From Calcarisporiella thermophila CBS 279.70 (taxonomy: Eukaryota; Fungi; Calcarisporiellomycota): 64,000 nt of DNA. Below are positions 12,233 through 25,281 of this stretch, piece by piece. Location: the NCBI RefSeq assembly GCF_041956535.1, contig NW_027192203.1, positions 679,406 through 743,405 on the forward strand, read 5' to 3'. The stretch's first letter is position 1; each line of letters opens with the position of its first letter. The notes beneath the pieces were generated by a model, which saw only the letters and a list, made by a program, of their open reading frames with translations, did no database searches and was not told the origin of the DNA. The position numbers and the translations under genes are program-made.

Positions 12233-13024
12233 ATGCGCTCCCTTCTTGCACTCCTGGCTCTCTCTATTGCAGCTCTCTCCGTCGAAGCCGGCGATACCGC
12301 AAAAGTAGAATCCAGCGCCAACTTTTGCTTTTTCTTGCCGCCCAAACCTGGAGGCGGGATTGCAGAGGTGAAACAATGAGGACCGTGGGAAATATAAGGT
12401 GGCAGAGGACTACATCTCTCTTATCCTTCATATCTGTATAGCATGAAGACGATGCCATTGCCTTTTGCACGAAAAAGTCACTTGCCCCTGGGGCGAATGA
12501 ATTTCCCCCTGGATTTATTCTCTCGGCCCATTTCAAACAGGAGAAGAATTATGTCCAGGTAACAGGGCGTATCAATCCCGACAAGTACAAGCTCTCTCGT
12601 CGCGATGAGGTATAGATGGCCCCTCCACTTGGCTATTTAGCCAGCTAATCCCGTACTCAATGTTGATCTTGTGTATTGAATAGGGTGGCCAATATGACAC
12701 CAAGGTAAGTTGTCACAGCCCTAGTTCAAACCATCGACCCTGAAACAGCACATTCATTTTCACAACTCTCCAAAAACAAAAAATCACCAGGCGCCGATTG
12801 GTGCAAAGTGTGCGGGCTTCAGTAGCTTCGTGAACCTCGTGGAGCCGAATGGTAAGCTAAGGAACCTTGCTAACCAAAATTGATAAATCCTTTCTGAGAA
12901 TATGCCGACGATCACCCACCTAGATGGAAACTACTGCATACGCTGCTGCAAAGATCCCAAAGACTGTGATACACGCCATTCGGAAAATGGCTGTCGTGAC
13001 GTGATTCCCGGCGATTACTCGTAA
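12233..13024 (+). CDS. Small secreted cysteine-rich protein (161 aa, 8 Cys, 5 exons), not in the ORF track
   Basis: Exons 12233-12367, 12442-12609, 12684-12704, 12791-12851 and 12924-13024 splice in frame: signal peptide MRSLLALLALSIAALSVEA, NFCFFLPP, AIAFC, YVQVTG, GGQYD, FVNLVEP, YCIRCC, GCRDVIPGDYS*. Confidence 0.88.
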
Positions 13025-14040
13025 CTTCCTCCCCTTCACATCCTTCTTTCTTCTTGTCAAATCAGTGTATTTTTACTATCAAGTACAAATATCCTTGAAA
13101 TATGAAGAGTACTGCCTAAAGCAACTTAATAGTGTAATAGGCCCTTAATTTTTACTTGGCTGTCTTTATAATTCTTTATTGAAATTGCTATTCGGTATGC
13201 TTTCCCTGTGAGAGCCAAACAGCTAACCGGAATTCCTTTCCTTTGTGGTTTCTCCAATGGTTTAAGGTATTGATGCACATGGAGGGATGTCAAATTGTTC
13301 CCGGAGGCAATTGGGTTAGTCAGGATATGCAGGCCTGTGTTGTTGCACATCATCTCTCTGAACAAATAAGAGTGCTACTATTTCTGCAACACCGGTCTTG
13401 CCATGACTGCACGTACCATTCTTGAGATGATAAACGTGGGTTCTTCTGACTCTTCGGCACCCAGACATCATTCCGGTTAATCAAGATTGCGTTTATTGTC
13501 ACGTATTGGGCAAACTACATGTTTGTCGAGGATTGGGCTTACAAAAAGCCACCAATCCATTCGGCCATATCTTCGTTCCTATGCTACAAAGCACAAAGGC
13601 TTGCGGTAAGAGATCGCAGAGTTACAGGCCATCTCTCGCTATCTTGGACAGGAGTATGATTTAGTGGTCGTTAACAATGGATAAAACGGCCTGGAAGCTA
13701 TGGTGTTGGGCTCGATTAGAGAGCTCTTCCTATTCCACGAGCTATCAAGCGACGTGGCGATAACGGCCACTATGTGTAGAACATGCTCACCATTGTTGAT
13801 ATCTACCTGTTCATCTTGTCAAATGAACTTGGCAATTCTAGACGAAGGCGTGTGTAGCATGGTAATGGTGAAGCAGAGATGCTAAAATCGATGGAGGTGA
13901 TCGAGTCGATAAATAAGGAAAAGGGGCGTCCAGCGTCTCATTGCAGAGAACTATTCCAGCTCGAAAAAACCCCTATCTGTCAATTACACTTTTATCCTGT
14001 ATGTGCACTGATATGTATCCCTGCAGCTTTTGACCCATTT

Positions 14041-14368
14041 TGTAACAGGACGGCTTATTTTCACTATGTGATGGTTAATTTCATTCATTATACTTATTTT
14101 AGGCTTATTATTACCTTTTTAATATTTGTTTTATTGTTTTATGAAAGCTGCATCTTTAGTCAGCCTTTGGAAAAGCCAGATTATGACATATTATTCGATT
14201 CCCTATTTTTCATATATACTCATTCAATCTATTTCGTTGTTCCTCACCGATCTCCTATTTTTATAAAGGTGAGGATACATCGTTTATTATTATTATTACT
14301 ATGTTATTAATAAAGACCGATCTTCTATTTTTATAAAGATCTTCGTCTACCATTCGAACCCTGTAACA
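14041..14368. mobile_element. Solo LTR (328 bp) with 5-bp target-site duplication
   Basis: Starts TGTAACAGG and ends CCTGTAACA (inverted termini, 1 mismatch). CATTT lies on both sides (14036-14040, 14369-14373). Internal ~23-bp direct repeat with TATAAA at 14246 and 14316. Confidence 0.8.
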
Positions 14369-14373
14369 CATTT

Positions 14374-16395
14374 CATGAAAGATCACGCATCACTAAAATA
14401 CTTCCAGACTCAACCAACGCTCACACAAAGACAAGCAAGATGGATGGAGATAGTTCAGAAATTCGACTTTGAAATATTGTATCAACCAGGAAAGACCAAC
14501 ATAGTAGCCGACGCTCTTTCAAGACGACCTGATTTCGAGATCAACACAATTTCGACAATTCAACCGCCCAATGAGATATTAGGCGAGATAAGAGCCAAGT
14601 ATAAAGATGACCCAGGTTTCGCTAACATTTATATTCAACTCAAGGATCCCGAACAGCCAATTCCAAAGGACATAGCCACAGCATCAAGTATTTCGACTTG
14701 AGAGATGATCTTCTTTTCTTCGGGGAGGGAGGAGATAAGGAAAGATTGTGCATTTCGAACGACAAGGAGATCCGACTTCAGATTCTTCAAGAACACCACG
14801 ATATTCCGATTTCAGGGCACCTAGGGATCGAGAAAACTTATGAACGAGTTCACCGATTTTTTTATTGGCCAAGATTACAAGACGCCGTCAAGAAATATGT
14901 TACGAGCTGCGATGTTTGCCAACGAACCAAATCGAGTAACACCCTTCCAGCAGGACTCCTGCAACCACTTGATACACCAACTCAGAAATGGCAACAGGTT
15001 TCCATGGACTTAATCACGCAACTCCCAAAGATTAAGAATGGACTTGACGCGATTGTGGTTTTTGTCGATAGACTGACGAAAATAGCTCGCTTCGTTCCAA
15101 CAACAACATCAGCCAATGCACCAACTTTAGCCAAGCTATTCTTTGACACGGTATTTCGACTTCATGGCCTTCCACAAGCGATACTAACAGACTGAGACCC
15201 TCGTTTTATCAGCAACTTCTGGAAAGTACTGCATAATTACTTGGGAACCAAACTTACAATTTCAACCGCCTACCACCCAGAGACCGACGGCCAGACCGAG
15301 AGAACGAATAGAACCCTAGAACAGATGTTGCGCGCATATGTATCTTATCGACAAAATAACTGGGACGAATGTTTGACCGCCGCCGAGTTTGCTTATAATA
15401 ATGCCAACAATCTTCTACCAGAATGAGCCCTTTCGTACTTAACTCAGGACAACATCCGATCGTGCCAACCAGCCTTTTTAATATTCGACCTCAACAAATT
15501 AACGTGCAGGCAACTGAAGATTTTATACTCGAGATGACCAACTTATTGAAAATCGACTCAGATAACTTAGTGGAAGCGAAATCACGACAAGCGCAATATG
15601 CCAACCAAGACCGCAGACAAGAAAAATTCGATATCGGTGACAAAGTCATGATTTCAACTGCAAATATCCAGCTTGCCTCGCAGTCTCAACGACCAACAAG
15701 GGAGTTACAGCACAAGTTCATCGGTCCATACGAAATCATTGAAAAGATATCAGCTGTAGCGTATAAAGTCAAGTTGCCCGACTCACTTAGGATCCACCCA
15801 GTCTTTCACATATCACTTCTGAAAAGATTCAATGAAGGCCCACAAGAATACGCGAGCAGAATCAACCCGCCGCCACAGCCAGTTGAGACAGAAGAAAGTA
15901 TTGAGTACGAAGTCGAATATATCTTGGACAAGCGAACGAGGAAATTCGGACGTCAAGAATGAACAGAATACTTAATCAAATGGACCGGCTATGACGAAAC
16001 GGAATCAACTTGGGAGCCTTTGCGGAACTTAGGAAATGCACAACGAGCAGTAGAGGAATAAGAAAATTCGACGAAGTAACTTTAAAATAACCCGAACGGC
16101 GATTTTTAAGAAGGGGAGAGTTGTAATGATTTGACTTTACTATTTCTTTTTATATTTACAGAACATATTTAGAATAATGTCTTGCCTTAGATAATGTTTT
16201 AGCTTTGTAGTATTACCCCAGTTTTACATTAGCCATTTAACACTAACTTGTATTATATAAAGAATGTATTTTCTGAAGTTTATAAATAGTCCTTGATTTT
16301 TGTAAAAAATTAATTAAACAATCTTTTTCTTTTTGAATTACTTGATTTGGAATATTTTGGAACTCCAAACCCTCCAGAACTCGAGAAATTTTACA
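14374..16395 (+). mobile_element. Decayed 5'-truncated Ty3/gypsy chromovirus: RNase H end, integrase, chromodomain, PPT and 3' LTR
   Basis: DHASLKY..RQARW..YQPGKTNIVADALSR; HHCC finger (HD..GHLG..CDVC); [37 protein letters not shown]; chromodomain EYEVEYIL..EYLIKWTGY..STWEP. Two frameshifts and stops. PPT AAGAAGGGGAGAG at 16108-16120, LTR starts TGTAA at 16122; LTR end (TTACA 16395) is tentative. Confidence 0.9.
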
Positions 16396-17495
16396 ACTTT
16401 CATGTTTTTTCAGTATTAATGGCGCACAAACATCGGCCAATCTTAAATTCTCCATTTTCTTTTTGATATACTGTACATGTGGAATCGAGTGAGTCTAGAG
16501 CGCTAATATTATTTATTATTTGCTTTTTCTTTAGAAGTTGCTTCTTCCATCGACACTATTCCTACTACACATCTATTAGCCTTAGCATAATAAAGGGGGC
16601 TACCGTTAATAGCCTACCTATCGCACAATTCATCCGTCGCCAATGGGTGGCAATGGGTGGAATCAATGTAGGATGTATACAATCTCTTGACGCTTAAGTC
16701 AGCGGGATGATCTCTAATTCTTCCGAAACTCTCCCTGCGAGTTTTTTATTATTGAATATTTCAGCTAAATTAGACTAAATAGCCTTGAAGCGTCCTATGC
16801 GAAGCATTTGACATCGGCCGAATTCTAGGCGTAGGAGGATATGAAACACTGGTAAAATTACGAGAGCACGCTATTGTGCAGTTGAAATAATGACTTGTAT
16901 TCACAAACTCAATTTGTTAAATATAACGAGAAACTACAATATTAGAAGATCTCCACCGAGAAACTCGCCATGAAATGGACTATAAATTATAGAAATGAAT
17001 AATTATACTCGAGATATCATATTTAACCTCTAGGAGATTTAGTAAAACACCTTGGCATTTGCATTAAATAAAATAGAACGAATAAGCCTTGCTTATCCTT
17101 GATGGAAGTATGGATGCATCGGAAGGGTTAAGGGCTGGTAAAACCATCCAGGATACACGGTCTCGTAGTGCAAAAAGGTTTGCTTCGCCGCGCCTTGACC
17201 AAAGACTGCAAGTCTTTATGAGATTAGCCAATGGTGTCTGTGTGTTTTTGGACAAGTACTCCGAGCTCTTCTCCTGCTTTTCCAGATTGGTATTACGGTA
17301 ATGGCCGTATTTGAAGTGGAGGGCTATAAAGTTGTCCGTAGAGTCAAGCGCTATAGAAACTCGCCTTTCAGCGCCGCCACACGTCTCCATCATCCTCGTC
17401 CAAATAGGAGGGCGGTTGTTCAGATTTGGTAAAGACGTTGAACCACATACAAGAATGCCGGGAAGGATTAAGGTAAAAGACAAAAATGGTGTCCT

Positions 17496-20400
17496 CTAAT
17501 GTTGTCCAAACAATCTTCCGCCGACGACTCCCATCCCGTGCAGCTCACCCTGCACACGCAAGCACTCGCGCAGCTCGAGGAACAGCCGCAGCACGAGCAC
17601 GTCGTCGTCCAGGGCGGGGGGAGGATCGTCGAACATGCGCCGCACTTGCTTGGACCTGGTATCGAAATCGAAGCGGTCTGGGTGCTATCAACAGAACATA
17701 AGAACAAATAAAAATAACCTTCGTCAGCATCGATACAAAAGGTCCGTTTTGCCACCAAATCTTCTCCCTAAAAAGACTCACATCAATCATCAAGCTATCC
17801 AAGAGGCTGGTCCACTTGTGGCCATAGAGCATGACTGCGTCGGAGCGCGCACAGTGCAGGAACTCGATCAGCTCGAAGAACATCTCCCACACAGCTATAC
17901 AGGCGTCCTGCAGCGCACGCGAGTGTATTCCCTCGCCAATCGTCAGGAGCAGCCGTTGCATCACGGGCCAGACCGAGTTCCACATTCTGCGCTCCGCAAG
18001 CGCTGCAACCGCAGAGAGGCGACGCGTCTGCAATACCCTTATTCCGCTCAGTCGGACACTGTTGCCGCCCTCCTCCTCCTGCAACTTCTGCAGCGTGGAG
18101 ACCCGGGCAAACACCACGGTCCAAATCTTGATCAGCAGAAAGGAGAGCGAGGCCATTTCTCCCCTAGGGGTGTGTGCATAGTTTGCATCTCCCCCCCCGG
18201 CGGGTGCCTGGTCCAGAAGCACCTGACCCAGATTGAACAGGATGAAATCGAGGACCGGCTCCTGGAGATCGAAGGCCCGGTAGAGGAGCTGCTCCATGTC
18301 GGAGCGAAGGAGCGAGAGGAGGATCCAGCTGAGCAAGCGCAGCGTTTTTCGCGAATCTTGCATCTACAGAGAAAGCACCGTGGTTAGTAAGGGGGCAAAC
18401 TCCAACCATGTCCCATCCGTGGCTACCTTGGGGGCGGTAAAAAGTTTCGTGAACCAATCCGGCTGGAACGACCCGATGATCACCACAAGCTGGCTCGTGC
18501 ACATGCCGATGCGGAATTCTTTGCGGGAGTACTGCTTCGTGGCGGGAGGCAACTCGAGGTAGCTCGTGCAGTCCTCGAAGAGGCTCGTTGCCACGTTGGA
18601 GAAGTATTGGAAGTGCTTGCCTGCGTCGGGGTTGTAGTTGAACAGGCGGAGGGCCGCCTGCTCATGCTCCTGGAACCAGGTGCGGAACTCGGGGTAGAGG
18701 TCCCAGAGCACGAGCTGGAGGAGCACAATCACCGTGTCGCGAAACACTTTCACCTTACCCCGCAAATAGGCTTTCGTCTCCTCGATGATGATTTCTCCGA
18801 ACGTATTGACTTTGCCCAAATGTGCGTATGTCTCTGAGGCGATTCCATACGCGACTAGCAGCCTTACGACCGCCTCGGGGGCAAGCGTGCACCTGAGGAT
18901 CGCGTGCCGCAGAAACGACCGCATCGAGGGCAGGAGCAGCTTGGCCGAATGTGGATGGTTGGCAAGGAGCACCGCAGACATGTTCAGTACGGGGTTGATG
19001 TCCCATTCCATGCGCTTCCAGTCGGCAGAGTGTTTCACGAGTCGCATGAGGAACGAGGCGTAGTCGGAGAGTAACGAGTCGGGATATCCCTTCGGGTGGA
19101 CCAGCTCCACGTATCGGCTCAGGTTGCGAAGGACAATGGATATCACCCCCTTTTCCATGTTCTGCTCCAGAAGCCGTTTGATGACGTCTCGCACAACTTC
19201 GTCCCGCAAGTACACCGGCTCCTCCGTGACCGGGTTGGGTAGCTGCTTGTCCACGATGGCCTGCCCCAACACAAAGAACAGATCGTATTCCGCGGTGTTC
19301 TCGTCGGAGGCGGCCTGATTCTTGAACACGAGCAGGAACAGCCCATTCTTTGCGTAGGAGATGAACGCCTTTTGGAGGAACTGCTTCGACTTTACGAAAA
19401 CCGGGTCGCCGGGGTGGTCGCGCAGCCGTGTCATCAGCTTGCCCAGCGCGGTGATTTGCCGAGAGAGCACCTTTGCAGCCAGGTTAGGAGCCCGATTAAG
19501 GAAATGATTGAGAATGGAGATGATGAGTAGGCGGTTGTCCTCGCTGATGTCCTTGGAGAGCAGGTCGGTCACCTGGCGTACGCATGATAACAAATCCTCT
19601 TCAAAGTGGAGGTCTTCGACTTTATACTGATTATTTGGTTGGAGGAGAGAGCAAAATAAAAAAGCGCAAATTGGGTTAATCCTTCTCTCTCAGTTGGAAT
19701 TTCAAGTGCGAGAGATCACACCCCTACCTTGTAGATGATGATGAGAATTAGTTCTAGCCACCCCTTGAGCATCAGCTGGTCTAGCTTGGTCAGGTCAACC
19801 TCCGAGTTGAACAGCTTCAGTACCACATCGAGGAACATCATTCCCGGGCCGTCCTCTGTATTCAACTTCTTCCGGATGTTATACTGCTGCTGCTGATTCT
19901 GTGGCTGCGGAAGGCTCTCCTCCTTGCCGGAGATCATGCTAACCATCGCGTTCGCCTCGTTCACCACTCTCCCCGTCGCTACCGTCGTAGAGGCCACGGA
20001 GTCGAGCACACGCTTCACGTTGAATACAAAAGCCGCCAGCATGGTGTGTTGCGAGAAGTCACCCGGACGGAACTCTAGGGGTCCGAAACCGATCTGGTAG
20101 GATCCCGCTGCGAAACTTCCACGGCAGTTGGTGAAACCCACCGCGGTGACGACAGAGTACTTCACGCGCGAAAAATCAACGGGTGAAATGGGCACACCAT
20201 TCGCCACCATCTGTAATGCTAGTGTAACAAGCAGCGCACGAACGTTTTCCTCCTCGGCCGCCTCTTGAGCTGCTAGGGAATCGCTCTCATCTCTCTCTCC
20301 GGTTCCGGTATCGCCATCGCTCGCAACAGATGGGGAGTCTGTCTCGGGGCTAAAGTACTCATTCAGTATGGTGTCGGTGGTTAAACGTGCTTTGTTCTTG

Positions 20401-23400
20401 TCGGGCGCTCCCTTCTCGTCAGGCTGGGTGGGCGCGATTGTCTCCACGAGCGGTTTCCAATTAAGCACCTGCCAGTCGGGGAAGAGCGAATTCAGCTGGA
20501 TCATGAGCTTGACCAGTTTTGCCCGGGCACGCGTCTCCGCAACCGCGAAATATGCCTCCCAGCATTTGAAGCCCGACTGTAGGTGCAGGGTTTGCATTGT
20601 GCTGATGCAGGTTCGTGCCTTAACTCTGACATGCTCCTCGGGGTCCCATAGACACGACACAAAATAGCTAAACGTTGGGCCGAGAGTGTGCAGAGCATCT
20701 TTCCATTTTTCGACAAAGCCTTCGTCCATTTTGTTAAAGATGGCAAGAAGATTGTCCAATCCTGCGTAGCGGATCTCCCAATTTGGGTTCTCGAACACCT
20801 TGTGCACGCAGGCATCTAAATATCGCGGGTCGATGCGAACCAGGGTCATGAGCAAAGGCACAGTATACTCAGCATTAGCATCCTCTGCGGGCGTGATCAT
20901 CTGCCACACACAAGGCATCAGGACCGGCAAGCAACGGGTGATGAACTCATCATGGTTGAGGATGCCGGCCGCATAGTTCGTCAACATGTAAAACCCCTTC
21001 AGAAGAGCGTGGCGAACATCCAGACTTGCCAGCCGCCAGTATTCTAGAAGATACCGCACGATCACATTGTTCTCCTCTATATTTTCGAGGTTATTGTCAC
21101 CAGGCATCGAAAGGCGTTTGGTGGTGGCAGCATTTCCAGCGGCAGGCGGCAAGACACCTAGCGACTCGACAATGTCAAGGGGAGAGTGGTACCCATGACA
21201 GACTAACATAAGAGACGCCTTGACAACCATTTCTGCCGCTTCGGTCTGTTCTTTTGTGGAAGAGCCATTCCGGTCAACGGCGACGATTTGATGGAAGCAA
21301 GCCTCGTTTGCACACTTCACCAGCGACACCAGTTTGGAACGGGCCCAACGAATGGGCATTGCATACATCACCTGTGCCCACACAATTTCAAGCAAACGGG
21401 CGTAACTTTCAAGTTGTGCCTCGTGGTTGCTTAAACGGGTGGCAATGTCCATAAAGACGCCCTCGGGAATTGCCATTCCACTGCGGTGAAGTAATCCGAG
21501 GAAATGGACTCCTCTTGCACACCCGTCCGCTCCACCCAGATTGATCAATTTCTCTATGGAGTGTATCAGGTCAGCTGACTCGGCAACTGTATTACTATCA
21601 AGAGAGCCGGCGGTGTTGACCATGGGGGAAGAGTGGTCGATGGCATGGAATCCACTGATTCTCGAAGCGGCGTTGCGGGGTGCAAAAATGCGATGCAGTG
21701 CGCGCAGCTCAGTGGAGAGGAGGAGATTCGCGCGATCGCGTTTTTCAAACGTCTGATCAACCGCCTCAAGCAGGCGGCATAGAAGATCTTCGAAGCAGGT
21801 AAATGTAAGCTTGTAGCTGCGCAACTTGATCAAATAGGTAAGGAGGGTTTCAAAACGCTCGATCTCTATTGCCTGATAGAACAAGAATATATCAGATAAA
21901 ATGTCCACACTCTCCCGTTCACACGGTCGCGAAATTTACCTTCTTTTCTTCGTCCGTCATAATCTTTGTGTCTAAGCTTCCTTCCCATAGCTCTTGGCGC
22001 TCCTCACATGCCAGTTCCCAGAGCAGCTGGTACATCGTATCGGAAAATGCAGCCTGCTCCATGTCATGTAGAGCACGTGCCCATGGAGCAAGATAGCGAT
22101 CTCGAAGCTCCTTTCTGCTTGCAATGTATGCTCCGCCCCCCATGCTAACTCCTCCCTGAGTAATTGCGCTGCTCCCGTATATACTTTGGGTGTTTTGTGC
22201 ACGACGGGATCGCTCAAAAGTAGCAGCGAAGGCTTTGCGCACCCCTGGTAATCCCTGTTGGCGGCCCGCAGCATATTCGCGGTGGATTCTTAGTAGACGC
22301 TCGTCTTCATCACACACCCATCCAAGGACAGCCCGCATCAGCCGGGTATAGGCGTACGACGAGACAAATGGATCCGGCCAGCAGCGGCGTATTAAGAGGA
22401 GCATCCCACACTCGTTAATAGTAATATTAATATCTGAAAGACATCCTGCTATCGCAGAGAGTAATGACTCCGTAGCGGGTGAACAATCGAGCGCATATGG
22501 GATCGCAAATACACATTCCCCGTTAATTGCTTGTCCATCGTCTACCTGGTCGCTATACTTAGGGCCGATTAAATCACTCGGGAAGAGCACAGGAATTCCG
22601 TCCACCCGCTCGAACAAACCCAATGTCATCATGTGCTGTAGCAGAACATGAGTGGCCATCTCTGTGCGAAAGCCCAAGTTCTTGGAGATCCATAGGGCCA
22701 TCTCAGAAACATACATCGTCTCCAATGGCACTGGCGAGACCTTAGGAAAATTGCCCGCGCTTCCGGCTGATCCGGGGGAGTGGCCTTGAACTTGGAGGAG
22801 CTCCTGGCTCTGAAGATCTTCGGCGGGAATTTGACTTTTAAGCATCGCGGCCAGGTGTGCAATGTATCCCTCTGTTGAGAGTATATAGCTGCTCACTGGT
22901 CCCTCTGCTCCCCAGTAATCGTCAAGGAACACAGAGCTAGAGCGGTGGGTATGCAACTGACGCTCATAAAAATCCACCAAGCGCTGCAGTCCAATATCGA
23001 TTTCTTGCTGCTCATTTGCCATGTTGCTCTGTTCGGATGAGTTGAATGCCACAAGAGGGTCTACCGCGCTCTGAAGGACCATTACACTACCAGCGGATAT
23101 TCCACTCCACAAGATGGCCTCTTGCAATCGTAGCACGTGATAGAGCACTGCCAACTCCTCATATCGTAGCTTCTCGGCCATCTGTGCTGCCTCAAGAACT
23201 GGCCTGTAATATTGGGCAAAGTCCTCTCTTAGGGTTTCAAGCGATATCATGGCATCCATCTCAGTCATAACGCCCCCCGCGCCCGGACAAGGTTCTATTT
23301 TGCTGTTCTGACTGCTACTGTTGCGAAGCAAGCAACTCGCATGCGCAAAGCGATGACACTCAGTACAGCGGTAACCCTGATGAGCAATGCCCCAAAGTGG

Positions 23401-25281
23401 GAGCTTGCACACGGTACAGAGGGCAAGCACAAACAAATTTACAAGATGGAAGGCATGCCCTCTGACAACATAGCTTAGCTGCACACCATTCACATCTCTG
23501 AACGGATTCCCCTCTACTTTCGTTATTTGAATTTGTTTTGAGGAGCGAAATATATGGCAATAGCGAGGCGCAATCAACTTATGGACTCCGCCAGCTGTGC
23601 GCATCTCGACGAAGCCGGTGCCTTCGTGAAGAGCGAGCCCGTAACAATGATAGTGTACGTTTTGGTGGCAATCATAACAGCGCATTCCATAGCCATCCAG
23701 GATCTTGAAGCATTCTTCGCAGACCTGCTCCATACATGCTTGCGAGAAGTGTCGCCCCCTATCACCCTTCTGATGGGTGTTGTTCCCCCAGTCTGGACCA
23801 ATGAATATATGGGGGTAATACTGGTGGACGTGCTCTTTTAGCCTTTCCTCCTTGGTATCTCTTCTTCTCCCATTAAATTTCTGCTGCTTCTCTGCTTCTT
23901 CCTCGAGCGCTGTAATCTCATCCACGTACCCCAACTCCGGAAAAGGTTCCCCGATCACAGGTGCGCCGGAGCACCTCTCCCAAACGTCAAACAGAATCCA
24001 TGCTGCCCTATACCGCGCCTTCTCGGACGTGTATGCTATAACCTCTAGTAAATCTAAATATACATCTGGTTTACACTCTATAATTCGTTGCAGATTGCGG
24101 TAAAATTGATAGAGAAAATTCCGGTCAGGGATAACGCGAGAGGTGTACTGGATCATAGCGTGTAGCAGGGGGGTGAAAAGGGAGTAATGTGAATAGAGCT
24201 CGAAATTGTACGAGCCCGTCGCGTGTGAATAAGAGATGCTTCGTCCTATCAGCGATGGGGAGTGGGAGCGTCGGCTTGCTAGAGCGTTGGGAGAGGTATT
24301 GATATAGAGCCGAGGGGGGGCTTGTGGGGACGCGAGAGATGCATCGGGGGCATACACTTGAATAGAGGGGCTAGGATCCGATGTGAGAGGGCGGGCTAAG
24401 GAATAAAGAAAGCTAGGCGGTTGGCAAACTATTCCAGATACATCAAAAATCCCATGAGCTTTCAACATACCACTGAAGTAGTCATCACCTTGACCTTTCT
24501 GGAAATGAGTATTACTGCCCTCCTCGCTCTTTGCCTCCGCCGCTAAATTCACTAGCTTGGGCAGGATTCTTTCGCAATATATTCCCAACAATTTCCCACA
24601 TAAGCCCAGCTCGAAATACCCGAAGGCAGGGATGAGTGAAACACCTATATCCACGAGCCAGGTGGTGTTATTCGCATCTTGTTCAAGCAGTAGCATGGCC
24701 AAATCCAAGACAAGAGATTGAAGAATGTAGGGGGGGCGTGTGGGACGCGGATTAGCAACTCGATAGCGAGCATCAAGCTCGACAAGTTCTGAGAATATTT
24801 CGAGTGCACGGGCAAGTATGTCATCTTCCGAATCTTGTTGTTTACCAGGGATTGCACCATTTCCTCCAACGCCTTCTCGTTGCGGAGAGGTAGGGGGTGA
24901 ATGGCCTCGCGAGCTTGCCGGGGTTCCACCATACCGTCTCCTATAGCTCCCTAGGCTCCAGCCAAAATTCCGGTAGTTCAATAGCACTTCTCTGAACTGC
25001 ATCACTAGCTCAACCGTTTCATCATTTGTATAGCTCTCGGCTGAGACAACAAGTGAGTAGGGTGGCCGCCGTCGTTTACGCAGTTTAGTGAAAATGTGGA
25101 GAATGAGCTTGGTGAGTTCCGTCATTTTGGGTGTGGCTGAAGAACTTCCCAGTCGAGATGGTATAGCTCGGCGGATGCGAGTCGCAGGCGTGGGAGAAGA
25201 TTCATCCTGCCGCGCTGCAATCGGTCCAGAGATATCGAACATGGCAATTTGAGGATTTGAATCGCGACGCAAGAGATTCAT
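17496..25281 (-). CDS. UNC79: Giant (~2,500 aa) helical-repeat protein with two C1 (DAG/phorbol-type) zinc fingers; UNC79-like. 3' end uncertain
   Basis: ORFs 25281-21919, 21908-19716, 19593-18364 and 18363-~17700 join through short GT-AG introns. C1 at 23457-23287 (H-x12-CTVC..LWGIAHQGYRCTEC..HASC). Segment FENPNWEIR..FSYFVSCLWD..VRVKARTCISTM..LNW follows the pattern I recall for the conserved core of animal UNC79. Confidence 0.72.

Noticed and set aside
13133-13543. Possible second LTR (TGTAA...TTACA with AATAG/AAAAG flanks)
   Set aside because: TSD is imperfect and the termini are too short to exceed chance.
17064-17483. 139-aa minus-strand ORF; LIKTCSLWSRRG is vaguely like a LINE RT thumb region, or could be a last exon of the UNC79-like gene
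   Set aside because: No catalytic RT motif and no convincing in-frame splice; cannot be assigned by eye.
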